A DNA stretch of 64,000 nt from IMG/VR virus record IMGVR_UViG_3300023175_000005, positions 192,559 to 256,558 of that record, one strand, 5' to 3'. Both the position numbers and the translations under genes were made by a program. Shown piece by piece: positions 45,484 through 55,093 of this stretch. The notes below the pieces were generated by a model, which made no database searches, was not told where the DNA came from, and saw only the letters and a program-made list of their open reading frames with translations. The first letter of the stretch is position 1, and each line of letters opens with the position of its first letter.

Positions 45484-46229
45484 TCCATGTTTCCTATGTG
45501 TTTAATATATTCAGTCATTGAATGATCGCCAAAGTTGTCAATTTTGCCCTGTTTGAGTCCCATCCACATACCGCGCCAACGATCTTTAGTACGTTGCCAA
45601 GGTGTTAATGGACGAAACTTGCCATATGCGTTTATGTAATGTTCTGTACCGTGATGTTTGTAAGCCATAACTGCTAATGGAACTCTTGTTACAATATCGT
45701 TATTATTAACAAATCTATGATGCTCTACACATAAACTTTTACAATAACCTTTCCAACCCACACGTGGAGAACCGAATGTGTAAAGTTCTTCTACTGGATT
45801 AATGCCTTCGTACAAATGGCATCTGCTTGCCATAATAGTTGCCATTGCTGCACCTAAACTATGTCCACAGAACCATAATTTTTTCTTTTCATTTGCTTTG
45901 CGATCAATATCTTCTAGTACCATTGGCCAAAGTTCGTCAACTTCTGCTTTAAAGCCTCTGTGTACTCTTGATACTGTTTCTGCCATTACAGGCATTGCTT
46001 TTAAATCTGCCTTAATATCATTAAATTCGCTCGGCTGTGTTCCCCGGCAAGCAATAACTAAATCTTCTTTATTCATGAAGCGCCAAGCTTGTGCGCCATC
46101 TTTATTATAAAACTCTGTTGTTGTAAAGCCTAGTTTTTTGGCTTCTTTCGTTGCATCATCTAAATATGCTATACTTGCTAAACGTGCAAAAAGGAGACTG
46201 CGCTCCTTAAAATTCATTTCACTTATCAT
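45480..46229 (-). CDS. class 3 lipase
   Basis: ACRGT, VHRGF, GHSLG, TFGSPRVG, NNDIV.RVP, DHSM..Y. Confidence 0.92.
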   Translation of the reverse strand: MISEMNFKERSLLFARLASIAYLDDATKEAKKLGFTTTEFYNKDGAQAWRFMNKEDLVIACRGTQPSEFNDIKADLKAMPVMAETVSRVHRGFKAEVDELWPMVLEDIDRKANEKKKLWFCGHSLGAAMATIMASRCHLYEGINPVEELYTFGSPRVGWKGYCKSLCVEHHRFVNNNDIVTRVPLAVMAYKHHGTEHYINAYGKFRPLTPWQRTKDRWRGMWMGLKQGKIDNFGDHSMTEYIKHIGNMD

Positions 46230-46515
46230 TTTTGCCCTCCAAATCTGCTAAACGTTTTTCAATGCTATCAATTTTTGCAGTTATTTTTGGATATTTTTTA
46301 CGCCAAGCATCTTCCGGTTGTTCTAACCAAGTAAGGCCCCACCGTTCTACCAGATAATCTATTGCTCTATCTACTTGAGCATATCCCCATAACCCTATAC
46401 GAGTTGTGCTTATGTATGCAACAAAAATTGCACCAAAAACTGACCCTGCTAGTGCTGTGTATATCCACAGCCTATCACTGGCCATCCTTTCTATCATTTC
46501 CCACATCGTTAACAC
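46219..46515 (-). CDS. small membrane protein
   Basis: One N-terminal TM helix and a coiled-coil tail; inside the lysis cassette. Confidence 0.65.
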   Translation of the reverse strand: MLTMWEMIERMASDRLWIYTALAGSVFGAIFVAYISTTRIGLWGYAQVDRAIDYLVERWGLTWLEQPEDAWRKKYPKITAKIDSIEKRLADLEGKNDK

Positions 46516-47050
46516 CCTCTATTAACTGTGTGTATTTATACCTACGTATACCTAAAGCATGTTTAGGATTGTATAAATCATATCTAACTTCGTTTTTTTG
46601 ATTTCCGCCTAGTATTACCCAATACGTTTGTCCGTTTACTGTCTGTGTTTCAGTGTAAAAACCTACATGTCCTTGCCAACCTCTATCGCCTCTAGGAAAT
46701 ATTACAACGTCACCACGTTGAATATTTTCAGGTTCTACTGGATCGCCCCAAGTTAAAAAACTTCGTGCCATTAGAGGAACATCACTTACGCTTTCGCTGC
46801 CAGGTATACCGTCTAGTTCAAGTACAGCATTTACAAATGCCGCACACCATTCTGTACGAACAGGATCAACACCTACAAATTCTTTGATTTGTTTCCTATC
46901 TTGACGTTCTTCTAAACCTATGAAAGGCTGTGCTGATACTACTGGATCCGGTTGAGATGCATTACATCCTGCTAAGACGCTCGTAAAACTAATCGTCCAC
47001 AATAACTGCTTTATCAAGTGCCTGTTCTGCCTCTTTATAATAACCTTCAT
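46475..47050 (-). CDS. NlpC/P60-CHAP (TIGR02594-like) peptidoglycan peptidase, lipoprotein
   Basis: WCAAFVN, GHVGF, LGGNQ; LAGC lipobox. Confidence 0.85.
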   Translation of the reverse strand: MKVIIKRQNRHLIKQLLWTISFTSVLAGCNASQPDPVVSAQPFIGLEERQDRKQIKEFVGVDPVRTEWCAAFVNAVLELDGIPGSESVSDVPLMARSFLTWGDPVEPENIQRGDVVIFPRGDRGWQGHVGFYTETQTVNGQTYWVILGGNQKNEVRYDLYNPKHALGIRRYKYTQLIEGVNDVGNDRKDGQ

Positions 47051-47405
47051 AGGCTGCTATAATTGCTTGTTGTTGTTGAACCAACGCCCGTATATCTGAG
47101 AAGTTCAATCCTAGGTTACCGTAGCCTTCGCCCGTAAGTGCATACAGAGCAAATGCTTTGCCTTCGCTGTTTAGTTTGGCAATTACTGCGTCTACATTAT
47201 TTTCATTGAGGACAATCCATTCAACATTCCGCATATTGAGTTCGTCAACAGGAGGAAGTTCCAGTGTTGGTTTTTCAACTGGTGATGTGGTTATTTCAAT
47301 CTGCTGTGGTTTCGTTGAGCAGGCCGCGAGACTTATAAGTATCGTAAAGCCAAGGACACTCTTTGTTAAAAGCGATGCCATTTTCAGCGTTCCTTTCTTT
47401 GTCAT
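46989..47405 (-). CDS. o-spanin (Rz1-like lipoprotein)
   Basis: LAAC lipobox; Pro-rich; overlaps the 3' end of the i-spanin in another frame. Confidence 0.7.
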   Translation of the reverse strand: MTKKGTLKMASLLTKSVLGFTILISLAACSTKPQQIEITTSPVEKPTLELPPVDELNMRNVEWIVLNENNVDAVIAKLNSEGKAFALYALTGEGYGNLGLNFSDIRALVQQQQAIIAAYEGYYKEAEQALDKAVIVDD

Positions 47406-47784
47406 TCAATTCTGCCCCCGAAAGCAATTCAAAACATCTGCCAGCATTTACAGTTCCTCTATTTACAGCACGTTCAATACTTTCAGCATTTGCTATTGCT
47501 GCTGCTGTTAAATCAATTTCCTGTAATTTGTCTGCTAGTCTTTGGTTTTGTCTACGTATAGCAGTGTATGCTTCGTTTAAACTAGCAAGTTCACTAGATG
47601 CTTTTTCATAGTCTTGTTCTAGTGAACTTATAGTTTGTTCATTTAATTCAACTGCGGTGTTAAGTTTAGCATTGTTTTCTTGTAGGATAGCCATACGTTC
47701 TTGTGTATCGTTATAATACCAATAACCTATACCGCCTGCTCCTAAGAGCAACATGAACATAACAATAGCTAATTTAGCACCCAT
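47296..47784 (-). CDS. i-spanin (Rz-like)
   Basis: N-terminal TM helix and long coiled coil, directly after the endolysin. Confidence 0.72.
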   Translation of the reverse strand: MGAKLAIVMFMLLLGAGGIGYWYYNDTQERMAILQENNAKLNTAVELNEQTISSLEQDYEKASSELASLNEAYTAIRRQNQRLADKLQEIDLTAAAIANAESIERAVNRGTVNAGRCFELLSGAELNDKERNAENGIAFNKECPWLYDTYKSRGLLNETTAD

Positions 47785-47789
47785 ACCAC

Positions 47790-48647
47790 CTACCCTAGTA
47801 ATTTTCCCAATGTTTTGGGTCCTACTATGCCATCAGCAACAAGTCCATTTGCACTTTGCCATTTTTTTATAATGCGCTCTGTACCAGGACCAAAAATACC
47901 GTCTGCTGGAGAAATATCAAGTTTTTCTTGTACTTCTGCAACTAGTGGTCCTCTGCTGCCTTTACGTATAGTTTGATTTAGATTTAATTCTTTTTCTTCA
48001 GGCTCTTCAAAATCACCACCTAACACATCCATTGCATGTAGATAATGTTTTTTACGATCGTCTAAACCAATTGTACCACCGTTGATACGTTTTGTAGCGC
48101 CTACTACATCCATATCGTCACAATATTTGTTAATGTTGTTTGTATCCCAAAACCAGCAAGCACTATCTAATGCACCTTTTTTAGTGCGTACATAGTCGAC
48201 TGCTTCTTCTGGTGACATGTCTACTTCTTTACCAAATTTTGTGTAGTTGTAACGTCCAGTAAGCTGAAGTATGCCGCCTCCGCGAAAACGCCAACCATCA
48301 CCGCTTTCTGGACTTCCGTTATCCATACGATTTGCATAAATGACGTTAGCAATCTTTTCAGGCTGTCTATGATAATCATTTGCATCTCTTCCTGCTCTTT
48401 TAAAATACTTTGGGAAAATTGTGTTTAATGCTTTTGCACTATAATTTAAGTTTTCGCTTAACACTCTAAAGCCGCCACTTTCGTGTCCACATTGAGCAAC
48501 AAACATTGCTACACGTTCAATAGTGTCTACTTCCCATAAAGGAAGAATTTCACACATTGCTTCGTACCATTCTTCCCAGTCATCTCGGTGGATCAGTTCT
48601 TCTGCCATCCACGGTTCAAAATCAAATTTAAAATTTTCAGCGCCCAT
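47790..48647 (-). CDS. endolysin, GH19 family with C-terminal peptidoglycan-binding domain
   Basis: AQCGHES, ENLNYS, FRGGG.LQLTG..NY, TKRINGG; DGIFGPGT and DGIVGPKT PG_binding_1 repeats. Confidence 0.92.
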   Translation of the reverse strand: MGAENFKFDFEPWMAEELIHRDDWEEWYEAMCEILPLWEVDTIERVAMFVAQCGHESGGFRVLSENLNYSAKALNTIFPKYFKRAGRDANDYHRQPEKIANVIYANRMDNGSPESGDGWRFRGGGILQLTGRYNYTKFGKEVDMSPEEAVDYVRTKKGALDSACWFWDTNNINKYCDDMDVVGATKRINGGTIGLDDRKKHYLHAMDVLGGDFEEPEEKELNLNQTIRKGSRGPLVAEVQEKLDISPADGIFGPGTERIIKKWQSANGLVADGIVGPKTLGKLLG

Positions 48648-48793
48648 TACTTTTCCTTATTTGGCTGGCAATCATTGCAGCGACAACAATCACAGACTTT
48701 TATAGCGTAAATTCTATTATCGTAATCTTTTTCATCACGATAGAGGGGAGTGTTACAATGTGCAGTATGTCCACAATTTTGACAATAGGTCAT
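48647..48793 (-). CDS. 48-aa Cys-rich zinc-binding peptide
   Basis: Hand translation MTYCQNCGHTAHC...VCDCCRCNDC...; TAATG overlaps at both ends. Confidence 0.65.
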   Translation of the reverse strand: MTYCQNCGHTAHCNTPLYRDEKDYDNRIYAIKVCDCCRCNDCQPNKEK

Positions 48794-49509
48794 TATAATC
48801 TTTCTACTACTAGTGTATGTCCCTCGTTTTCAAAAGTTAAAGTTTTAGATCCATATTTCATAATATTATAATCACCGATATATTTTGTTAAAAACAAAAT
48901 TTCTGCATAATCATTCATATTTACTTTTTCGTTAATACTTTCTTGTATTTGCTGACTTGGACCAAAGTCTTTGATAGCAAAACCTATTGGATCTGCATAT
49001 GCTTTTTTGAGAATTAGATCTTCGTATTCATCTAAGTCACATTCTTCTAAATAACTTTTGTTAAAAAAGTTTTTAAAATTATTCATATTTGCTTCATTAA
49101 CAGTTGCTTCGTATGCTTCATTATCTGCTGGAATAGTTGCTGCCAAACTTTCTAGTGTTGCAGGCTCGCTTTGAAATCCTTTGTAGTATCTATATCTAAA
49201 ATTTGTTCCTGTAAGTTTGCCTACACCATCTAGCATCTCAACAATCTGTTCAGGTACATCTGAGTTTCTTTCCATCTCTACATATACTCTGTACATTCCG
49301 TCGCTTTGCTCGCCTGCTGTAACATCTGCATCTAATACAAAGCCGTAACCTTTTTCAATAAAATTAACTAAGTCTTCACCGATTGCTTTTTCATTTACTG
49401 AAAAACTTACTACAACGATCTCCGAATCACTGCCCATTTTACTTTTGTAAGCATCTACTTCAAATACTGGATAAATCATATCTTTTAAATCATTTGCTTC
49501 TAATGTCAT
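48793..49509 (-). CDS. hypothetical phage protein
   Basis: 238 aa; D.YKSKMG motif. Confidence 0.75.
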   Translation of the reverse strand: MTLEANDLKDMIYPVFEVDAYKSKMGSDSEIVVVSFSVNEKAIGEDLVNFIEKGYGFVLDADVTAGEQSDGMYRVYVEMERNSDVPEQIVEMLDGVGKLTGTNFRYRYYKGFQSEPATLESLAATIPADNEAYEATVNEANMNNFKNFFNKSYLEECDLDEYEDLILKKAYADPIGFAIKDFGPSQQIQESINEKVNMNDYAEILFLTKYIGDYNIMKYGSKTLTFENEGHTLVVERL

Positions 49510-50039
49510 ACTTCTGTATCCAATGTCTCATCTGGCGCAGGTGCTGCGGCTTGTTGTACTTGTGCTTGTTGTTGCTGTAATTGTTCATCTGGTTGTGCTT
49601 CTGGTTCTAAATTTTCAGCACTTGCAGCATAAAAATCCATTAACATTTTTTTAGGTACTGCAATCTCTACAACCCAAATAGGGTTTCTATCTAATTTACC
49701 AAATTTTGTGCCAGGACGTAAATCTTCTTTCTTTGTAACTTTGCGTGGTTTTAGCAAAGACATTTTTTGATAGTTAACTTTGCAATCATAATCAAGAAGT
49801 CTCTTTGCACCCATTGGATCTGGCATTGTTTCTCTTGGCCACATAAACTTTGCAGTCACCCAATGCCTGTCAATATTAGGTCCTTCAGCAAGTTCACCGT
49901 CGCTCCAATTTTTGTAAACATATAGATCTAGTTCGTCTATAATACGCTCAAAGTCTTTTAGCACATTGAATGCTGTGTTACTTTCGTACATGTTTTCAAT
50001 GTTCTTAATTACATCAATTTCATCTAGGATATTGGCCAT
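49506..50039 (-). CDS. hypothetical phage protein
   Basis: 177 aa; downstream of CTAAATA at 50065-50071. Confidence 0.75.
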   Translation of the reverse strand: MANILDEIDVIKNIENMYESNTAFNVLKDFERIIDELDLYVYKNWSDGELAEGPNIDRHWVTAKFMWPRETMPDPMGAKRLLDYDCKVNYQKMSLLKPRKVTKKEDLRPGTKFGKLDRNPIWVVEIAVPKKMLMDFYAASAENLEPEAQPDEQLQQQQAQVQQAAAPAPDETLDTEV

Positions 50040-50064
50040 TAAAAAAATCCTTTTTTGTTAATAG

Positions 50065-50136
50065 TATTTAGTCGATTTCGATTGTCAAAAGGTTAAATAC
50101 TGTTGCAGGGAATGCTTCCTGCGTTGGAACATTCCC
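50065..50136. promoter_or_regulatory. divergent TAAATA promoters and phoH leader hairpin
   Basis: CTAAATA on - (50065-50071); TTAAATA on + (50093-50099); GGGAATG-C-TTCC/GGAA-CATTCCC hairpin at 50108-50136. Confidence 0.55.
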
Positions 50137-50159
50137 ATTATCCATACAAGGAGGACTAC

Positions 50160-50882
50160 ATGGGTGCTAAAAGGGCCAAACGGCACAACATTTCAAACGG
50201 CAATAATATTGTAAAACTTAATTCATTCCTTCCAAAAAAACAAAAAACAGTAAATATTCTACCTAGAAATTACAATCAAGAAAATTACGTTATCAAACTA
50301 CTTGACTCTGATAAGAGTATTGTATTTGGTATTGGACCTGCAGGTACAGGTAAAACTCTACTTGCTTGTCAAGTAGCAGTTAAGAAATTTCTTGAAGGAG
50401 AAGTAGAAAAAATTATTGTTACTCGTCCAGCAGTAAGTGCAGATGAAGATATTGGATTCTTACCAGGTACACTAGAACAAAAAATGGCACCTTGGACAAG
50501 ACCTATTTTTGATGTATTTAGAGACTATTTTTATGCTAACGAGATCGAAGGCATGATTGCAGAAGGTGTGATTGAAATTTCTCCATTAGCATATATGCGT
50601 GGTAGAACTTTCAAGGACAGTTTCATCATTGCTGATGAAATGCAAAACGCAACCCCAAACCAGATGAAAATGCTACTAACAAGAATTGGTACTGGTAGCA
50701 AAATGGTGGTAACTGGAGATCTTAATCAAGCAGATAGGTTAAAAGAAAATGGATTAATTGAATTTACTAAATTACTATCCAAGCATAACAGTCATAGGAT
50801 AGACATTGTAAATTTTGTCAGCAAGGACATCGAACGGCATCAAGCGGTAAAAGAAGTTTTACAAGTATACGGCGAAGTCTAA
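50160..50882 (+). CDS. phoH: PhoH-family ATPase
   Basis: GPAGTGKT, TRPAV, GFLPG, YMRGRT, DEMQN, TGD..Q.D; start re-set to the ATG after GGAGG. Confidence 0.95.
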   Translation: MGAKRAKRHNISNGNNIVKLNSFLPKKQKTVNILPRNYNQENYVIKLLDSDKSIVFGIGPAGTGKTLLACQVAVKKFLEGEVEKIIVTRPAVSADEDIGFLPGTLEQKMAPWTRPIFDVFRDYFYANEIEGMIAEGVIEISPLAYMRGRTFKDSFIIADEMQNATPNQMKMLLTRIGTGSKMVVTGDLNQADRLKENGLIEFTKLLSKHNSHRIDIVNFVSKDIERHQAVKEVLQVYGEV

Positions 50883-50896
50883 ACATTCAGTAAGGG

Positions 50897-51169
50897 CTAT
50901 TGAGCCCTTACACTTTTAAATACAGGTGCTCCTAAGGGGTGCTGGTACTTATTTTCGTCTTGTTTTAACAAGTACATTAGATACTCATTTTCAGTATAAA
51001 TGAGTTTCCAACTTTTCTCTTTGATTGGCGGTCGACCCATTGCGTCATAATAAATTTCACCAACGTGATACTTTTTAAACCATATACGTTTTTTACTCCA
51101 ACTACTGCGTACAGGCCACCATGCGTAGTATTCATTCCACTCTATGTCTACTTCAATTGTTGCTGGCAT
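50897..51169 (-). CDS. hypothetical protein
   Basis: YAWWPV...K.IW.K.Y motif. Confidence 0.65.
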   Translation of the reverse strand: MPATIEVDIEWNEYYAWWPVRSSWSKKRIWFKKYHVGEIYYDAMGRPPIKEKSWKLIYTENEYLMYLLKQDENKYQHPLGAPVFKSVRAQ

Positions 51170-52032
51170 TATATTATTTCACCCGCCCTTTGTCCTTTCG
51201 GCCCAATTATTTCATTTTGATGCCAATGTAAATTTTGATTTATTTTTCCTGGATCTATATCCATATACTTTTTTACCAGTCCTATGGTTTTATCATGCAC
51301 GCCTTTTACATATTCTTTTGTGGTTTCTTTCATTTGGTAGTCAAAAGTTTCTGTTAAAAATTTATAATGCTCACCAGGCAAAGGGTGAGTATCCCAAAAT
51401 AAATCATGAATATGTTTTTTATTCCAATTCACTTTCCAAGTAAGATTATCTCTCCACAATGTATCGTAAAAACTTTTTCTCATCTCTTGTAATGCTGGTT
51501 TATAAAATCTAAGAAATTTATTATCGACTTTAAGTCTTTGGTCCATTCCAAGATGTGCTGTTTCATGCTGTTGATCAAACCATCTAGACAAATCTAACAT
51601 TTGCAAAAAATGTACATTTGTTTTTAACTTTAACATTTCATGAACAGGTTGAATATATGCCATGTCACGTAGTAATAAATCTGTTTGATCAATTTTCTTC
51701 AAATATTTGCGACTGTAATTTTCGTTGTTAAAAATATTACCATTTAAATGCCACCTATCTTCTGTTGAATCATATCTATCTATTCTTGCAACATTAGTCC
51801 AACACACTATTACTAAATCATTTTTTGTAAATTTATGTTTTACATCGGCCATACCAACTCTAGTGGCAATAAATCTATTGCCAGCTCCGGATGCAGCATA
51901 ATTATAAAAAGGAACTTGTAGGTCTAGGGCAAGAATATTTGCCCAAGTCATCCAGCAGTATTCTGTGAAACTACAACCAAATACAAAAAGTCTTTCTGGT
52001 TTATTTTTGTATAACTTAATTCTCTTCGCCAT
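51169..52032 (-). CDS. SGNH/GDSL-like protein
   Basis: FGCSFT, NYA.SGAGN, DTHP. Confidence 0.65.
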   Translation of the reverse strand: MAKRIKLYKNKPERLFVFGCSFTEYCWMTWANILALDLQVPFYNYAASGAGNRFIATRVGMADVKHKFTKNDLVIVCWTNVARIDRYDSTEDRWHLNGNIFNNENYSRKYLKKIDQTDLLLRDMAYIQPVHEMLKLKTNVHFLQMLDLSRWFDQQHETAHLGMDQRLKVDNKFLRFYKPALQEMRKSFYDTLWRDNLTWKVNWNKKHIHDLFWDTHPLPGEHYKFLTETFDYQMKETTKEYVKGVHDKTIGLVKKYMDIDPGKINQNLHWHQNEIIGPKGQRAGEII

Positions 52033-52711
52033 ATGTTACTGCTAGTGGAAAAATTTCTGCTATAACTTTTGCACATTCATGTGCAATATCCATGTGTTCT
52101 TTTTGTGTACCATTTGCACCACGTAATTCAATGTAGTGTACCCAACTACGTAAAGTACCGTTCATATATAAACGTGTTTTGGTAAGTCCTTCTGGCAACA
52201 CTTTGCGAGCAACTTCTTTAGCAATACCTTGTTTAATTGCCCAGTCATATGCTTTACCTGCTGTAAAACAAACATCTTGCTGTAGTTCTTCCCATTTTGT
52301 AACAAGTTCAGCAGCACCTTCTTGCCCTAGATCGATTTCAATAGAGTTTTGCCTATTTTTATGATCCTGTAAACGGGCTTCACTTGTAATAAAAATCTCG
52401 CCCATTTCACCCGGCTCGGCATAACGTTGTGAGAACTCTTGGAATGCAAAACTACGATGACGCACAATTTGATGTGCAATATCACGTGTAGTATCAATCT
52501 CCATACACACGTTTACCATTTCGAGCGGGCTCCAGTGTGCATGTTTAATAAGATATTTTACAAGTTTTTCACTTGTTTCTGAATTCATTTGATTAGCAGG
52601 ATTTGAAACCCTTGCACAAAATGCTACAAGATCTAATAAATCATTGTCAGCAATGCCTTCGTTTACAAATTCTTCTGTTGGTTTAGTGTAACTTACTAAG
52701 CGAACGGCCAT
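52016..52711 (-). CDS. thyX: flavin-dependent thymidylate synthase
   Basis: HWSPLE, RHRSF.FQEFSQRY, KEVAR.VLP, TQKEH. Confidence 0.95.
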   Translation of the reverse strand: MAVRLVSYTKPTEEFVNEGIADNDLLDLVAFCARVSNPANQMNSETSEKLVKYLIKHAHWSPLEMVNVCMEIDTTRDIAHQIVRHRSFAFQEFSQRYAEPGEMGEIFITSEARLQDHKNRQNSIEIDLGQEGAAELVTKWEELQQDVCFTAGKAYDWAIKQGIAKEVARKVLPEGLTKTRLYMNGTLRSWVHYIELRGANGTQKEHMDIAHECAKVIAEIFPLAVTYGEEN

Positions 52712-52881
52712 CCCGTTATTTCTCCTTTTAAATTAGAAAGTCTTTGACTCAAGAAACTTATTGTTGTGTTAATGTGTCCTGTGTCATGGGGTTGTAGTAA
52801 TGTTTTGTAATATTCTATTTCTTCTTCTAGTACGTTTATACGTACAATATCATTTATCAGTTTTTTATTTTTAGTCACCAC
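52696..52881 (-). CDS. hypothetical protein
   Basis: 61 aa; overlaps its neighbours. Confidence 0.6.
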   Translation of the reverse strand: MVTKNKKLINDIVRINVLEEEIEYYKTLLQPHDTGHINTTISFLSQRLSNLKGEITGWPFA

Positions 52882-53212
52882 GGCCGGGCTCCTCTGAAAA
52901 ATATTGCATTTTATTTTCTACGCCTTCCCATTCCTTTGCATCTGATGGAACATCTTCTGGACGCATTTCTGTAATATTTGGCCACACTTCACTCCATTTT
53001 CTATTGAAGTCTACCCACTGTTCTGTGCCCTCTACTGTGTCTGGTAAAATTGCATCAGCAGGACACTCTGGTTCGCATACACCACAGTCAATGCATTCAT
53101 CAGGGTGAATAACCAACATGTTCTCACCTTCATAAAAACAATCCACAGGACACACTTCTACACAATCCATGTGTTTACACCTAATACAGGCGTCATTTAC
53201 AATATAAGTCAT
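52871..53212 (-). CDS. fdxA: 7Fe ferredoxin (FdxA type)
   Basis: [46 protein letters not shown], ending PGRGD. Confidence 0.93.
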   Translation of the reverse strand: MTYIVNDACIRCKHMDCVEVCPVDCFYEGENMLVIHPDECIDCGVCEPECPADAILPDTVEGTEQWVDFNRKWSEVWPNITEMRPEDVPSDAKEWEGVENKMQYFSEEPGRGD

Positions 53213-54123
53213 AATGATCCTAATCTGATTAATGTTGCTGCAAGGTTAATTTCTGGATCAACAACTAGCGTATGATCTACTAAACCTTGCTTAATAATTA
53301 GCACTGCTTTGTCTTGTTGTTCCTCATCTCCGAACAATTCTATATTGTCATAAAGCCAACGATAGATTTCTTCCATTTCTTCTGCTCGCACAGTACCACA
53401 TAATAATTTACGTGCATCTTGAATCTTACCTGCTTTGAACAGTTCTACCATATCCAGTTTCCAGTCTGCTTCACCTGAGTCACCTTCTGTTGGTGAAACA
53501 AGTTTACCGTCTACACTATTCATTTGCACCATGTTGATACATTTGCGCAAGTCTGGATATGTTGCTTTTACATATGTATCAAGTGTATCCAAGTCTGGAG
53601 TTACGCCTTCAGTAATTAGAATTTGGGCAACTCTTGCTGTAAACTCAGTTTGATCAATTTTTGCAATATGAAAACCTTGACATCTACTATGTATTGCTGG
53701 AATGATCCTATTTGGATAATTACAAGTAAGAATAAAACGTGCAGTTGTATGATATTCTTCCATAACGCCACGTAATGCTGCTTGTGCGTTTGGCGACAAG
53801 TAATCAGCCTCATCTAGTAACACAACCTTGAAGTCACCAAATGGAATCATTTGCACAAACGCAACAATCTTGTCTCGCACATCATCTACTGAGTTTGTGC
53901 GACTTGCGTTGATTTCTAATATGTCTAATGGATTTACATCAAGTTCATTAAAAAGTAATTTAGCAAGAGTAGTTTTACCAATGCCAGCATTGCCACTAAA
54001 AAGCAAATGCGGAATAGTTTTATCTTTGATCCATGTTTTAACTTGGTTTCTTTGTGCGTCATCTCTAAATACATAACCGTCCACTGTGTTTGGACGATAC
54101 TTCTCTACCCATAGTTCTTTCAT
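53209..54123 (-). CDS. clamp loader subunit (RFC small subunit/gp44-like)
   Basis: [24 protein letters not shown]; start set at MKELW. Confidence 0.93.
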   Translation of the reverse strand: MKELWVEKYRPNTVDGYVFRDDAQRNQVKTWIKDKTIPHLLFSGNAGIGKTTLAKLLFNELDVNPLDILEINASRTNSVDDVRDKIVAFVQMIPFGDFKVVLLDEADYLSPNAQAALRGVMEEYHTTARFILTCNYPNRIIPAIHSRCQGFHIAKIDQTEFTARVAQILITEGVTPDLDTLDTYVKATYPDLRKCINMVQMNSVDGKLVSPTEGDSGEADWKLDMVELFKAGKIQDARKLLCGTVRAEEMEEIYRWLYDNIELFGDEEQQDKAVLIIKQGLVDHTLVVDPEINLAATLIRLGSL

Positions 54124-54368
54124 TCTTCTTCCTGTTCCCAATAGCGACTATACTTACTTGCTACATCTAACATACTATCTGGATATCCATTTTCTGTCAA
54201 GTATTTTCTAAATTCCATATCATTGCCTATACACTTTTTCGGAATAGGTTTAGGAAAGCCGTAGCGCCAACCGCTAGGTGGATCAAACATTATAACTTTC
54301 ATTTTGTTAACCATCCTGCGTCTTCCAATCCAGGTATCAACCATTCTTTTACAAGATGTTCGTAACAT
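54120..54368 (-). CDS. hypothetical protein (probable start near 54303)
   Basis: DPPSGWRYGFPK motif. Confidence 0.6.
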   Translation of the reverse strand: MLRTSCKRMVDTWIGRRRMVNKMKVIMFDPPSGWRYGFPKPIPKKCIGNDMEFRKYLTENGYPDSMLDVASKYSRYWEQEEE

Positions 54369-55093
54369 TCATCAGACAAATGGTCGCCATCACTTAAAGC
54401 TTTATTACCATATTCTCTTATGTAATATTCTTGTGCTCCTTGTGGAATATCTAAATAATGTGCAGATTCCATTCCTCCTAAACTTTCTTTAAGAGATGTA
54501 TCTTTCAGCCTTCTGTACTCCCAAAGCAAAACATTAATATCTAACTGCTCTGCTAGTTCTAATGTCCAATATATTTTTTCTAGTGTCCAAAAGTTCCAAC
54601 TATGCATGTCTTCCATAACTTTGAATTTAACATAAGGCATTAGCCAATCTTTTTTAATACCAGGTATAGTTATATCCCAAACAGGATCTGTTTCTGATGG
54701 ATCTCTATAACATGCAATGCTTTTTGTAATTTTCCTTAGTTCATGAGGATCGGTTGCAATCTTGTATAGATCTTCTGTATCTAAACAATCATATTTCAAC
54801 AAGTCATCATAAACGTCTTCATTATCTGGCATTCTTGATATAATTTGACTACGGTCACTACACATTTCAAGCACAACTGTATCAATACCAAGTTTGGCTG
54901 CTCGTATAATCGATTTGTGATATTCTTCGCTGCCTCTTCCTGGTATAGCAAAGTTATGCACTTCTACATCTGCATGTTTTTCAAACCATTTATCGATAGG
55001 CTGACAATGCTCTCCAACATTGTCTAGTAACGGATTTGTAATTTTATGACTTCCGCTACTATAACTGCTACCAATGATTCCTAATCTTAACAT
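54299..55093 (-). CDS. SGNH-like protein
   Basis: IGSSYS.G, NFA.PG.G, DGDHL. Confidence 0.55.
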   Translation of the reverse strand: MLRLGIIGSSYSSGSHKITNPLLDNVGEHCQPIDKWFEKHADVEVHNFAIPGRGSEEYHKSIIRAAKLGIDTVVLEMCSDRSQIISRMPDNEDVYDDLLKYDCLDTEDLYKIATDPHELRKITKSIACYRDPSETDPVWDITIPGIKKDWLMPYVKFKVMEDMHSWNFWTLEKIYWTLELAEQLDINVLLWEYRRLKDTSLKESLGGMESAHYLDIPQGAQEYYIREYGNKALSDGDHLSDECYEHLVKEWLIPGLEDAGWLTK

